Part shown: positions 11,877 through 24,650 of the stretch, piece by piece
Position numbering within the stretch: position 1 is the stretch's first letter
Layout: every line of letters starts with the position of its first letter
DNA from: Eledone cirrhosa
Taxonomy: Eukaryota
Length of the DNA: 64,000 bases
Direction: 5' to 3'
Assembly: GCA_964016885.1 (NCBI GenBank)
Contig: OZ024741.1
Coordinates: forward strand, 130,634,001 to 130,698,000
Program-made: the position numbers and the translations under genes
Notes under the pieces: model-generated
What the model was told of the DNA's origin: nothing
Databases searched by the model: none
Seen by the model: the letters and a program-made list of their open reading frames with translations, nothing else

Positions 11877-13865
11877 ATGGCTAATTCCCCTCTGCACGAA
11901 GCAGCTGAAAGCCTTCCTCACAAAATAACACCTCACACCGACACCACCATTGTAAATGTTACTACGTTTGCCAACACAAAAAAAAATATAAGCAGTAGCA
12001 ATATTTTAAATTTGTCTCAGGCAGACATTCATTTCCCGCCATTACCAATGACTGCAGGTGTTAAACCCTCCACCACCACCACCACCGCAACAACCACCAC
12101 CACCACCACCACCACCACCGCGACAACAGAAACAAAAGAAGAAAAAAATAAATTAACTCGTGACGTCGAAATGAAATCAAGCAAAATGGACTCTTCCCCA
12201 CCAAAGACGACTGACGTCACAACCACCACAACTGAAAATAAAATTAATATTAACGATAGCAACAACAACAACAATGACATTATAAAACCGACCCTCAGTT
12301 TCGCCATCGTAGCAAAACAATTCGAAGCGTTCACGGTAACCCAAGAAGATTTAGAAAATGCCAAACAAATGGTAAAGAAAGATGGGTACAGGGTCAGCCT
12401 CACCCCCCACCTAATAAAATGGAGCATCGGCGCCTGTGCACCGTGTCGTATAGAACAATAAATGTAAAATCGCGCCGAGTGGAACGGGCATCCGAGTCCC
12501 AAATCCAAAAAGCTTTGGGACATGTGTGGGCAAGAAAAACCCACATCAGACGTGGGCAAAAGTATGGAACCGTGGATGTGTTCTTTGAAACACCAGAGGA
12601 GGCTAGAGAACACTCCATGGCCCCATTAAAAAGTGACGACCTCACACTCGTCCCAAGCTATTGTGGCCAGAGACTCGTAAAGATCAGGGTGACCCACGTT
12701 CCACCGGCCATCGAAATTCCCTGGCTAATAGCAGCTGTCCTCACCGGCATCGAAGCCAACACGAAAATAATAGCAGTAGCAAAAGAAAAGCAGGAAAACT
12801 GGTCCGGATCTGGGATGGAGCTCCTGATCCAAGCGGACCAAAAAAGCATTGAGGAGATCCCAGAGGTAATAGACCTCACTGACGGCAGCCACCTCACGGT
12901 AATTGTCGAGGGCAGAAGACCTAGGTGTGTCGTTTGTGGTGAAGGAACCCACCTAAGGGCTTTCTGCCCTCAGGCTAAAAGGTTGAGGCCACCTCTCCTA
13001 CCCACCCCAGTGACAAAACCATCAACACCACCAGTAGCAGAGATGGCAGCAACAACTGTAGCAGCAACAACAGAAGCAACTATAACAGCAACAACCCCAG
13101 CAACAGTAGCAAAACCAACACCACTACCACCACCAGCAAAACCAACACCACCACCACCCAACGCTTCAGAACTAGCACCAGCGCCTACACCATCCACCAC
13201 ACCACAACCAAAACTAACGGCTGTGGAGGATTTTCCACTCCCCGGCCTATCACAACTGGAGACAGATTGTGACGACGAGGAGTGGGAAACGATATCCGGA
13301 AAAAAAAAAAAACCAAAAAAGAAAAAATTCTCTTCCTTCCCCCTCCAAAAACAAAATACAGAGGGAAACAAATAAACTAAGAAACAAAAAAGTTAGGACA
13401 GATATGCCACCATCCACACCAGCATCACCAACCCCATCAACCCAAACACCAACACCATCACCATCATTATCCCCAGCACCACCATCACCTACACCACAAA
13501 AGTCACCAAAATTCGAAACAGAAACAAACCCACAACAAACGCAAACAAAACAAAACAACCAAAACGATACACACTACACAGCATTAAATTTGAACAACAA
13601 GCAATTATTACACTACATCCAACACAACACCAGCATCACAGAAAAAGACTACACAACAACCCCAAAATTCACACCACCTCCACACATACAAATCACTCGC
13701 ATCACACAGAAAACGTACATGACACTAAAACAAAAATTCCCCAAAGACATCGGAGACTTCCGACAAGCACTCTCCAGGAGGATTTATAAGGACATCCTTC
13801 CTGAGGAGGCCACAAGCAGTGAAAAGGATGGAAAAGCCGTCCTTCCCCTACGAGAAGTAAGGTAA
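11877..13865 (+). CDS. Tx1 ORF1 (type B), split by frameshifts at a C-run (~12405) and an A-run (~13305)
   Basis: Segments 11877-12461, 12419-13375 and 13269-13865 join into a protein homologous to ORF1 of copy 1; knuckle CVVCGEGTHLRAFC. Confidence 0.82.
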
Positions 13866-13899
13866 GTGGTCTTTCCCATCTTTTCCACTCCTTTTCAAC

Positions 13900-16800
13900 A
13901 TGACCTCACTCAGAATAGGCAGCATAAATGCGCGTGGCTTGGGGTCGTCATGGAAGCAGGGCCACCTGCTCAACGACCTCAGGTCACTAAACATAGATGT
14001 AGTGGCCATCAGCGAGACCAGAATCTCCGAAGCACAGGCTTTCGCACCGATCTTCGGCGGCTACGATGTGTACGCATCTCCCAGCCGTCCGGGATCGGGG
14101 GGAGGAGTTGCTGTGCTTTTTCGGAGAGGTTTGGATCTTGCCATACGGGCCATCTTCCTGGACCCAGAAGGTAAGTTGGTGGTGCTGGACGTGACCAGCG
14201 GAGACGGGCAAGCTTTCAGGTTAGTGGCCGTCTATGCCCCGACAGGAGCAGGGCGGCCTGATTTCTTCCGGCGTCTGGAGACCTTTCTTGGAACGTCCCG
14301 CTCTTTAGTGTTAGTGGGCGACTGGAACGGGATCTTAGATGCACGCTGGGATTGTGTCGGATTAGTGGATAGGGAAGGAGGGTGCAAGAGTCTCACCAAC
14401 CTGCTCAGACGTTTTGAACTGTCTGACAGGTACCGAATGGATTTCCCGAATGTACCAATGTGGACTTGGACAAACCGCATAGGGTCATCCAGATCATATC
14501 TAGATAGAGTATTTTGTAGGGAAATAGATAGGTCTAGCATAGGCTGTCCACAATTCAAGATAGTCAGCTACACGGACCACAAATTCGTGATCTGTGTGCT
14601 TGACTTAGATAGGCTTCATAGACGAGGACCCGGCTACTGGAAGCTAAACGCATCCTTACCAGCGCGCAAGGCCTACAGAGACCGGATTAGCGAACTAGTT
14701 AAGCGGGCGTTGACGGGGGCCATCGTCAACAACAAGTGGTGGTTTGCTCTGAAAAGAGCAATTAGAATAGAGTCCATTAGGTTTAGTAAGACTTTAGCAA
14801 TAGAGAAAAATAGAGCAGAGGGAGAATTAGTTAGAAAATTAGATGAGGCGCTTAGCAAAGGCATCGCGACCGACGTACTTGCGGCGAAATTGGCCCTTGA
14901 CCAATTCTTCAATGCAAAGCACGAAGGCTGCGTTGTCAGAGCTAGGGTGCGTGCTCTCAGACACGAGGGGACGAAAGCCGTTCAATGGGCCCGAGTGGCG
15001 GAGGCGCGTCGTGGCAACAAAGCCACGATCCGGTCTTTGGTGGACCACGACGGGCGCATGCTACTCGATCCCGGGCAAATGTGTGAAGCTTTTCAGCGAC
15101 ACTTCGCTCAACTGTTCGGGGGCAGTGGCGGGCCGGATCGAGGGATGGACTTTAGTGTCTACCTCGACGGACTGCCGCGGCTTTCGGCCACTGAGGCGGA
15201 GTGTTGCGAAAAGCCGATAACAACCGCTGAAGTACGGGATGCAATGACTAGTTGCACAAGGGGAAAATCGCCTGGTTTGGATGGTCTGCCCTATGAACTT
15301 TACGTACAAATGCCAAACTTGTTCGGAGGCCTCTTGGCGGACGTCTACTGCAACTGGCAACAGAACGGGAGAATTCCCAGCTCTGTGAGCCGAGGAGCGG
15401 TGGCGCTGCTGAGAAAGGATCCGAACAAGGGGGATAACATAGATAATTTTAGGCCCATAACTCTGCTAAACACAGAGTTCAAGATTTTGGCCAAGGTGCT
15501 AGCAAAGAGGTTGGCGCTTGTCGTTGGTGGTCTGGTGGGAGAGGCACAGACATGCGCCATTCCCGACAGATCCATCCACGACAACCTCCACCTCATGCGA
15601 TACATCGTAGAGAGGGTAGCTAGGGAACCTGGCACGGGTGGGTCTTTGATCAATTTAGATCAGTCGAAAGCCTTCGATAGGGTCGACCATCGTTACCTAG
15701 CGGCAGTCCTGAGGGCGGCTGGCTTTGGGCCCGTCTTCAGAAGCTGGATCGCTGCCATGCACAGCGACATCTGCTCTGTAGTGAGAGTGAACGGTCACCT
15801 TTCGGAACCGTTCAACATCATGCGCTCGGTCCGCCAAGGATGTCCCCTCTCGTCCCTATTGTACGTATTGACTCTCGAGCCATTACTGCACAAACTGGAG
15901 ACGTTGAGGGGGGTCCCGCGCGAACTAGGATGCGGAAGATCCGTGTCAGCATATGCCGACGATGTCACCGTAGTGGTGTCGAGCGCCAAACACATCGAGG
16001 CGATCGGCACTACACTAAGAGAATACGAAGCGGTGACAGGAACAATGATCAACCAGGAAAAGTCAGTGGGCCTGCAGCTCGGCACCTGGAGAGGCAGGTC
16101 CATGCCGTCCAACAGCGTCGTCGGGCGCTGGACGGACGGACCGGTTAAATTGCTAGGGGTCTGGTTCGGTCCAGACCTCCAGACGGACAAAAACTGGGAC
16201 GAGGTGACGAGCAGGGTGGCTTCTCTCACCCAGAAATTGGCCGAGAGGAAGCTATCCCTGAAAGGTCGAGCGGAGGTGGCGAATGCGTACATCGCATCCG
16301 TCATCTACTACCGCCTGACCGTCGTACCTTGTCCTAAGCCCCGCCTGACTGCGCTGGAGCGTTTGCTCTTTCGCTTCTTGTGGAAGGGACGCGCTCCGAT
16401 GGTCAGGCGGTCCATCTGCTGTCAACACCCGCTACGTGGAGGGCTGGGCATGCCGTGGCTGATGATGCGCAGACACGCGCTCAGGCTACGACATCTCCAC
16501 CTCTTCCTCGACGGTGATCAGGTGTGGTCGCCGTTTGCAAGACACGTTTTTCCCCAGCTCGTCTCCTTGACGGAGCTGCAGTCCTGGGTCAAGCGAAGAC
16601 CGAGAGGGAGCGCTTGGAGACTGGAATGTCTTCAGGCGCTCACAGCCCTCGACCAATCGGGCAATGTGATCGGTGGAAACTCCACCTTGGCGTTCTATAG
16701 GGGATTAGTGGAGGGGAAGAGCGACGACGTACTTGGAGAAACTCTAGGCGTCGACGAAAATCAACTAGCCAATCTCTTCGGAAGGACTTTCGGGCCGGGG

Positions 16801-17319
16801 CCTATGGACAACTTCCAGAAATCCCTGGCCTGGCAGTGCTACCGAGGAGCTTTGCCAGTTCGGGATAAACTCTACAGGCATGGAGGTGCCGTCAGCCGGG
16901 CATGTCCGAGATGCGCGCAGGGCGACGAAACCGTCCTGCACGCACTCGTCCAGTGTCCGAGCATTGCTGACTTGTGGGTTTATGTCGAACACCTGCTGTC
17001 ACGTGTAGGACCTATCCAGCTATCAGCTGAGTCCATCGTGAGGATTGCCCCGCCCCCTTCCTTTAGCCTGGAAGGGCAGGCAGTTTTTATCTGTCTGGTG
17101 GCCATGGCGAAAGAGATAGTATGGTGGACACGTTTGAAAGGGCTGAAGACGAGCACTTACCTCTTCGGTGATGCCCTGATTAACTTTTTCAAATTTCATT
17201 TGAAAAGGAAAATCAGGGTAGAGAGGGAAGTGCTCTCTTCCCAGCATTTTGTTGAAAGATGGGTGAGAGAAGCAAGTATGGCCCGAATGAATGGGCCTTC
17301 TCTGAGTATGTGTCTGTAA
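13900..17319 (+). CDS. Tx1 ORF2 (APE-RT), intact 1139 aa
   Basis: Colinear with 1564-4983; about 30 aa differences by manual comparison. Confidence 0.96.
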   Translation: MTSLRIGSINARGLGSSWKQGHLLNDLRSLNIDVVAISETRISEAQAFAPIFGGYDVYASPSRPGSGGGVAVLFRRGLDLAIRAIFLDPEGKLVVLDVTSGDGQAFRLVAVYAPTGAGRPDFFRRLETFLGTSRSLVLVGDWNGILDARWDCVGLVDREGGCKSLTNLLRRFELSDRYRMDFPNVPMWTWTNRIGSSRSYLDRVFCREIDRSSIGCPQFKIVSYTDHKFVICVLDLDRLHRRGPGYWKLNASLPARKAYRDRISELVKRALTGAIVNNKWWFALKRAIRIESIRFSKTLAIEKNRAEGELVRKLDEALSKGIATDVLAAKLALDQFFNAKHEGCVVRARVRALRHEGTKAVQWARVAEARRGNKATIRSLVDHDGRMLLDPGQMCEAFQRHFAQLFGGSGGPDRGMDFSVYLDGLPRLSATEAECCEKPITTAEVRDAMTSCTRGKSPGLDGLPYELYVQMPNLFGGLLADVYCNWQQNGRIPSSVSRGAVALLRKDPNKGDNIDNFRPITLLNTEFKILAKVLAKRLALVVGGLVGEAQTCAIPDRSIHDNLHLMRYIVERVAREPGTGGSLINLDQSKAFDRVDHRYLAAVLRAAGFGPVFRSWIAAMHSDICSVVRVNGHLSEPFNIMRSVRQGCPLSSLLYVLTLEPLLHKLETLRGVPRELGCGRSVSAYADDVTVVVSSAKHIEAIGTTLREYEAVTGTMINQEKSVGLQLGTWRGRSMPSNSVVGRWTDGPVKLLGVWFGPDLQTDKNWDEVTSRVASLTQKLAERKLSLKGRAEVANAYIASVIYYRLTVVPCPKPRLTALERLLFRFLWKGRAPMVRRSICCQHPLRGGLGMPWLMMRRHALRLRHLHLFLDGDQVWSPFARHVFPQLVSLTELQSWVKRRPRGSAWRLECLQALTALDQSGNVIGGNSTLAFYRGLVEGKSDDVLGETLGVDENQLANLFGRTFGPGPMDNFQKSLAWQCYRGALPVRDKLYRHGGAVSRACPRCAQGDETVLHALVQCPSIADLWVYVEHLLSRVGPIQLSAESIVRIAPPPSFSLEGQAVFICLVAMAKEIVWWTRLKGLKTSTYLFGDALINFFKFHLKRKIRVEREVLSSQHFVERWVREASMARMNGPSLSMCL

Positions 17320-17561
17320 ATTAAAGGTGGAAAACTGGGAGAGGGCACTTGCCCTGGTGGTCAGGGCCACTGTGGTCTTTTAATGGGCTTTCTCCACAAA
17401 TGTCCCTTGGAAGTCTCCCCCCTATTGGGGAATTTTTCTTTGTTATTTTATTTCAACCTCTGTTTTTTTACACGCAGAAATGCCCATTTGTACCGTCCTG
17501 TATTGTCCTGTACTGTCCTTAATGTCTACTTTATGTGAACCCTTGTGGTTAATAAAGAAAA

Positions 17562-17619
<58 letters not shown>

Positions 17620-20600
17620 GTTCTTTGAGTCACAGTCATTGATGTTAGTTAACTGGAAAGTTTGTTGAAATGCCCGCCCAGCCAGTGGGATGGCGTCTTC
17701 TTATGGTTAAAACAGCACGAAGAAAAGGGCCTCAGTACCCTGCGCGTCAATCGGGCCATTACACGACGGCGGAGTGCAACCCGAGCGACGAGAGGCTGCT
17801 AAGAATCACAGGTTCCCGAAGGCCGCCAAGGAACAGGACTAACTTTGCCCCATATGCACCTACAACTGAAGGTCTTTGGCAGGGGGGCAAGGACTGAACC
17901 ACCTCATGGAGGAGAAGAAGAAGATCAGGTGCGACGTGTTAGGGCTGTGCGAGACCCGCCAGAAGAAGGAGGCGAGTTTACGATGGCAAGATGGATGCGC
18001 CTTGAGACTCGGGAAAGCAGAGGGTGCCAGATCGGTCGGATGTAAGGAATGGGCTTCGAAGGTCGCTTCTTGCCAGTTCATATCGTCACGGATTGGTGTA
18101 CTGAACGCGAACCTCTCAGGGAAGGCCACCCTCACGATCGTCCAGACCTACGCTCCCACAAGTGCCAGCGACGACGATGAGGTGGAAGAATTCTATCGCC
18201 AGCTAGACAAAGTGCTAGCTGTGAAGTCCACTTACACCGTCGTGATGGGAGACTTCAACGCAAAGGTCGGACAGGGACGGCAAGGGGAAAAGTATGTTGG
18301 AAGATTCGGCCTAGGAGAGCGAAATGAGAGAGGAGAGCGTCTGGTCACCATGGCGGAGGTGAGACGGTTCTACATCGGAAACAGCCTATTCAGAAAGAAG
18401 GAGAAGAGATGGACCTGGGTATCGCCAAATTTTGAGCACCGAAACGAGATTGACTACATCTTGGTCGACAAGCGACGCATACTACAGGACGTCTCCGTCA
18501 TAACGCCATTCAACACTGGCAGTGATCATCGTCTGGTGAGAGCGAGGGTCGTCATCGACCGGACGAGGGAGAAGAACGCGCTGCATTTGGCGTCGAAGGG
18601 AGAATGCGTCCGGGTCTTCAACGAGGCGCAGCTGCAGGAAGCAGGAAAAGTGGCGTCAAGGAGACGGCATAGACGCTGACTACGACTCACTGATAAGGAA
18701 ACTGAAGGAGTGCTTGAGGAACGCTAAGGGTGTGTGCCCGAGGGAGTGGAAGAGAAGAGTCTCGGAGGAAACTATGAAGTTGCTTAAGAAGAGGAAGAAT
18801 ATGAAGAGGACACCTGAAAATCACCTCGAATATTCCCTTCTCAACAGAGTGATACGTCAACAAATGAAGAGTGAATTCGAGGCATACCGGATGGAGAAGC
18901 TCCTGAAGGCCGCAAAGGAAAAGAAGGGCCTCAAGAAATGCGAAAGGGACATGACAATGTACAGATCGGAGGTGACGACCCAGAAAAACACAGCTGGAGT
19001 ACCGGTCAGCGACAAGAGTGAGGTGGAAAAGGTTTGCGAAGACTTCTACACTAAGCTCTTCAAGTCTGCCGGGAATGTGCAGCCGTTGCCGTCACTCCAA
19101 CAGGAAGAAAATGTGCCACCCATCCTTGTCGGTGAGGTCGAAAGAGCCGTCGGCTTGATGAAAAGCGGAAAGGCGCCAGGGAAAGACGGCATAACATCGG
19201 AGGTGTTGAAGTCAGGCGGAGAGCAGCTCTGGAAAATCCTCGCCGAGCGATTCACACACTATCTTGACGAGGGAAGAATACCCTCGCAGTGGAAAGAGTC
19301 GAATACCATCCTGCTATACAAGAACGGCGATAGAGAAGATCTGAAGAACTACCGACCCATATGCCTGCTGTCTCACGTGTACAAGCTGTTCACGAAGATA
19401 ATCCTGATCAGGTTATCACGTCATCTGGACGAACAGCAACCGAGAGAGCAAGCCGGCTTCCGGAAAAACTACAGCACGATGGACCACATATTTATTCTGA
19501 CACAACGGCTTGAGCGAGCAAAAGAGTACAAGATGCCTCTGCGTCGCGTTCGTAGACTACGAGAAGGCCTTCGACAGCGTCGAAATCAATGCAGTCCTGA
19601 ACTCGCTGCAGAGGCAAGGAGTCGAGGCGCAATACGTTCAACTGCTCAGGGAGGCGAGTTCCGGATGCACCACCGACATCTGCTGTCATCACCCGTTCAA
19701 GTGCCGGTCGAGAAGGGAGTGAAGCAAGGAGATACGATCTCTCCAAAACTTTTCACCGCGTGTCTCGAGCAGATCATCAGAGGCATTGACTGGCAAGGTG
19801 GTGTCAACATCAACGGCGAGATACTTACCCACCTCCGTTTCGCTAATGACATCGTGCTCATCGCTGAAACCGCGGATCAGCTTCAGACCATGCTGACGGA
19901 GCTCGACATCAAAAGCTCTGCAGTAGGCCTCAAGATGAACCGCATGAAAACGAAGTTCATGCGGTCCGACAACGTACCAACAGGTCGAATGGTGGTTGGC
20001 GGTGATGAAATAGAGGAGGTGGAGGAGGTGGAGGAATACGTCTACCTGGGACAAGAAGTGAACATGCGCCGAGACATTGAGAGGGAGATCTCGCGGAGAG
20101 TAAGGGCCGGATGGAAGGCGTTCAACGGCATAAGGGATGTGCTCAAGGGGAGGTTGGACAAGACCACCCGCGCCAACCTCTTCAATAGCACAGTTTTACC
20201 TGCAATGTTATATGGCAGTGAAACTTGGGCTACAACGAAGAGAGAAGAGCAGAGGCTGGTAACGGCTCAAAGAGCCATGGAGAGATCAATGCTAGGAATC
20301 TCGTTGAGAGAGCACATCAGGAGCGAAGTCATCAGACAGAAGTCCGGCGTGAGGGACGTCATCACGGAATATATGCGCAGCAAGTTCAGATGAGCTAGAC
20401 ACGTCGCCTGGTTCACCGATAATCGGTGGACCCGCGCAGTTGCCGAGTGGTACCCGCGCGAGCGGAAACGACCACTCGGAAGGCCTCCATGAGGGTGGAG
20501 TTACGATTTTAAGAATACGATTGGGAATACATGGATGAGGAAAGCACGATCCAGAGAGGAATGGGCGGCGTGCTGTGACCAGCGGCGCTGAATGGACGCC

Positions 20601-20629
20601 CGACATACTGGTCAGTCAAGGTGATCAAG

Positions 20630-20633
<4 letters not shown>
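17620..20633 (+). mobile_element. RTE-clade LINE, decayed (APE-RT, stops and frameshifts)
   Basis: ICTYN*RSL, GLCETR, YAPTS, GDFNAK, EIDYIL, GSDHR; KAPGKDG, YRPICLL, FVDYEKAFDS, GVKQGDTISP, FANDIVL; tandem 3' tail (TCAAGGTGA)2 typical of RTE. Confidence 0.88.
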
Positions 20634-20680
<47 letters not shown>

Positions 20681-20814
20681 CTTTTCAGACATTTAAATTC
20701 ATAGAAAAGAAATCCCTTGATACTGAAGGCTGTTTTGATCCTTCAGCATTGTGTACTGTTGAGGGAAGCGTTGTAAGCTTCATTAAATAAGTGTTCCCCA
20801 ATTTTCAAATTCCA

Positions 20815-21410
20815 ATGAGGAGCGACTATATCAAAGAGCAATTCTTGCCCCCCAAAACATCACAGTGAATACCATCAACAAAATCTCTCACAAATGATCC
20901 CTGGAGGTAGCTAGACCTATAAATCTATTGACAAAGTTTTCGACGGGGACGATGCTTTCCATTATTCTGTTGAATTTTTCAACAATCTGGAACTGTTTGG
21001 TGTGCTGCCACACCACCTTGAATAGAGCAAAGTCACCTTAGAAACCTGGATCAGCCGAGATTGTGCAATGGGCGCATATGGTTGTGACTGAACTATAACC
21101 TCACATTATCGAAGCCAAAATCTTCACTGGATATGGTAAGGGATACATCGCATTTATATCTAGAATGCCGCTAATACCAACTGATGACCTCTTTTTGTTT
21201 CAAACGATTGCAATTCCTAGTGAGAGTCAGTTACGCAATGACTATTAACAAGTCCCATTTTCAAACCCTGCAGGATTTCGGTCAGCATCTAGAAGAGGCT
21301 ATTTCTCATATGCCCAATTGTATACAGGTTATTCCAGACTAGGAAGACCGCACAACTTCTGCATATATGCTCCAAAGAAAAAAGTTAAAAGCATTATATA
21401 TAATCACTGT
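20815..21410 (+). mobile_element. Helitron PIF1-like helicase C-terminal remnant
   Basis: Broken frames give RAILAPQN, YKSIDK, YSVEFFNNL, RNLDQPRLCNG, RMPLIPTD, KRLQF.VRVSYAMTINKS. Confidence 0.8.
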
Positions 21411-21681
21411 TTAGGCCTTACTCCTGCCATGAATCTCTCCTTTGAATTCTTTATATACCATGACAGAGCATTTTCCTCCGACTTCACACGCTTTTCCCAG
21501 CTAATGAAACTTTTCCCTCTTCTTTGCCGTGATAGATACCATTTTCAATGTCATCATTTTCCTGGCTTTTCTATCAAGTGCCTTAAGTTTATTACATTTC
21601 CACTCTATATTATAGAAATGATTTCTACATGACTAGAACAGTTTCGCTCGTAAGAAATCATTAGGATTCTACCTGCTATAT

Positions 21682-21716
<35 letters not shown>

Positions 21717-21723
21717 GTATCAC

Positions 21724-21826
21724 TTGGAGAGAGTTCAACGACTAGCGACACGAATGGTACAGGGTCTTCATGAGCTGCCCTACGAAAGCCGGCTGCAGAA
21801 GCTGAACCTCTTCTCCTTGGAGCGTG
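21724..21826 (+). mobile_element. CR1/L2-type RT C-terminal fragment
   Basis: LERVQRLATRMVQGLHELPYESRLQKLNLFSLER is a typical CR1/L2 ORF2 C-terminal motif. Confidence 0.75.
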
Positions 21827-23249
21827 TGTATACCCACTTACACATACATATACACATATCCACTTCGTACGGACGTATAACAAGCACACACACACACACA
21901 CACACACACAAACAAACACACACGCGTATAGCTCTATATACAAAACGATTATTTTCCCTTTCAAATAGACGCGGTCGATCACCACCCTTTAAAACAAGAT
22001 TATCTTCCATAAAACTCCAGCATCAACAGTTTTCCTAGAGATGGCGACATGAATGGACTTGTTTGTTGTCTCTAAAAATATTTCTTTCGTTTCCGCCACT
22101 GCTCGTCTCCGCAATCTTTCTATTTATTCTTTAATTTCTCATTTTGTTTTCTAATGAAAGGTTAGCGCCCGAATCTGTAAGACTCTTTTTCTACTAAAAA
22201 ACTAATAATATATTTCTTCATAAACACAGATATATTTATTTTCTTGATTTATTCTTAAATTGAGTCTGGCAAACCCTATTGTCCATAGTTAGTATCTTTT
22301 CCACTCTAGCGAATCTGGTCCCTTACGATTTGAACACATATATGTATATATCTGTGTTTATCTCTCTTTTATATTCAATTATACTATACGGCTCGGAAAA
22401 ATCTTTTTCCTTGAGCTATTTAATTGTAAGAAACTATTTTGAGTTTCTAACTCAATATAACAGAGAACAAAAAACAGAGAGGCTGTACAAATGATATGGT
22501 TTTAGTTTCACGCTTGAGAATGAGGGGGGAGGGGGGGACATATATATATATATATATTCATTTTTTTTTACTGATTTTAGTCAAACGCTGCATTTTCCCC
22601 AACTTTCGAACACAAGCTGGTGATCTTTTTGTATGTGTGCTTGAGTATATGCATTTATGCATGCAAGTGGACATATATGTGCATTTGTGGGTGTGCATAT
22701 GTATGTATATAGGTATGTATGTATGTATCTATGTCTCTATGTACATATGAATATGTATGTATGTATGTGTGTGTGTTTACCTTTCACTTCCAACAGTAAA
22801 CAATTGTACAAAGTGATAAGAGGCGGCATTTGCTGGAGGTCTATAATACGTGGAGACGTGACGTCCCCTAAGATCAAAGACCTCCCAATACATTACGCCG
22901 GAAATTAGGTTATCAGTACAACGACCGGGAAAGGCTGTCAACACCAGGGTGTCGTAGAGTCCTTTTAAACAGTTGAACGCCCTCAGAATGAACAAAATAT
23001 AAGAGAACATACTCTAACCGCCAACATACGCAATTACACATACGCATGCACACATGCACACACTCACACACACACGCACACACGCACACACGCACACACG
23101 CACACACACGAACACACACACACAAACATGCACATACGTATATATAAGTACTCATATAGATAAGTACATAAACATCCTTCATGATATGAGATGTTTTTGA
23201 CTCATGTTTTTTTTATGTAAGTATACACATACACACACACACATACATG

Positions 23250-23347
<98 letters not shown>

Positions 23348-23481
23348 CTGTACTGATTGTGTTGTTATTTCTGTTTACCTTTTACATACATATATATATA
23401 TACATATATAATATATATATATATATAGGAACGAGTAGGACCCCGACGGCTGAGCTCAAGCCGTTTCGACGGCTAATTCTG

Positions 23482-23556
<75 letters not shown>

Positions 23557-23586
23557 TGGGGAGGGTGGGAAATTGATAGATAGATA

Positions 23587-23642
<56 letters not shown>

Positions 23643-23650
23643 TATATATA

Positions 23651-23965
23651 TTTAAAAAAAGGAAAATTATGACTTCATTTCTAGTTCTAAACAATTTGAT
23701 ATCATTTTATAATATTATAATACTATGAGTTGGTAGATCTAGTAAGTTCTTTGTTAACTTCGGTGGGAAGATTTTTAAAGATTCCTGGTTAACTGACGAA
23801 TGCGAGAAAGTTATCCAGGAAAGTTAACCAGGAATCTTTAAAATTCTGCCCACCGAAGTTAACAAAGAACTTATTAGATCTACCAACTCATAATATTATA
23901 ATATTATAAAATTAAATCAAATTGTTTAGAACTACAAGTAAAGTCATTCTTTTCCTTTTTTCAAA
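23651..23965. repeat. Imperfect ~145-bp-arm inverted repeat between (TA)n runs
   Basis: 23651-23794 is the reverse complement of 23822-23965 with scattered mismatches. Confidence 0.85.
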
Positions 23966-24184
23966 TATACCTAAGTGTACCAAGGATTTCACACATTTTC
24001 CAATATATATATATTTACAGTATTCTTTCTGCCTTTGTTAATATTATAGCTTTAAATAATTAGCTTTTAATAAACTCCCTTTTCTTTAAATCCTTCAACC
24101 AATGACCGCCAGCCATCCCGATCCCCACCCTCTCCTACCACCAGAAAAGAAAAGATATAAATACCACCACTTACTTGGACAGCC

Positions 24185-24235
24185 AGCTTCCTGATGATTT
24201 CTCACGAATGAAACAGTTCTAGTCCTGTAGAAGCT
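24185..24235 (+). ncRNA. Type I hammerhead ribozyme motif
   Basis: AGCTTC-CTGATGA-(weak stem II)-GAAA-CAG..CTG-TA-GAAGCT; stem I perfect. Confidence 0.6.
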
Positions 24236-24273
24236 CTTCAATATTAAAACTATATATATATATATATATATAA

Positions 24274-24408
24274 TGATTATTTCTGAAGACAGCATATATA
24301 TGTGTAGGTATGTATATTCCCTCTGATAGTTTGTAAATTTTTTACATAGATCTATATGATATACATACCAACACACACATATATCCTAGAAACGATGGTA
24401 AAATGCTG
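24274..24408 (+). ncRNA. Hammerhead motif with ~100-nt stem II (decayed copy of 56940-57073)
   Basis: CTGAAGA 24283-89, GAAA 24389-92, TA 24399-400; colinear with the 56940 copy. Confidence 0.55.
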
Positions 24409-24575
24409 AATTTTTTAATATAAGGAACTGTTTCTTTGTTTTTATTCATTGTTTTTATTAATTTATCTTGACTCTGTTTTCCTGTGATTTTTTAATACAT
24501 CTTCTCTTTTCATGATATTTGGATTACATTGAGTTCTTCATACGGATTGGACACTACCGTATATTTTGGTAGATT

Positions 24576-24650
<75 letters not shown>

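Larger units (their letters stand above)
11668..17563 (+). mobile_element. Tx1/L1-clade element copy 2, full length (~5.9 kb)
   Basis: Starts ATT|GGCGACC (same as copy 3), ends AATAAAGAAAACA|(TTA)n; ORF1 and ORF2 present. Confidence 0.94.

Noticed and set aside
12395-13320. Programmed frameshifting in Tx1 ORF1 at the C-run and A-run
   Set aside because: Copies 2 and 3 differ in indel size and position and copy 1 is open across the equivalent sites; homopolymer sequencing errors or decay are more likely
1651-17370. Antisense and alternate-frame ORFs conserved between Tx1 copies
   Set aside because: Expected from near-identical, GC-rich ORF2 DNA; no independent coding signal
23790-23830. Hammerhead at the centre of the 23651-23965 palindrome (CTGACGA..GAAA)
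   Set aside because: No plausible stem II or stem III/cleavage arrangement
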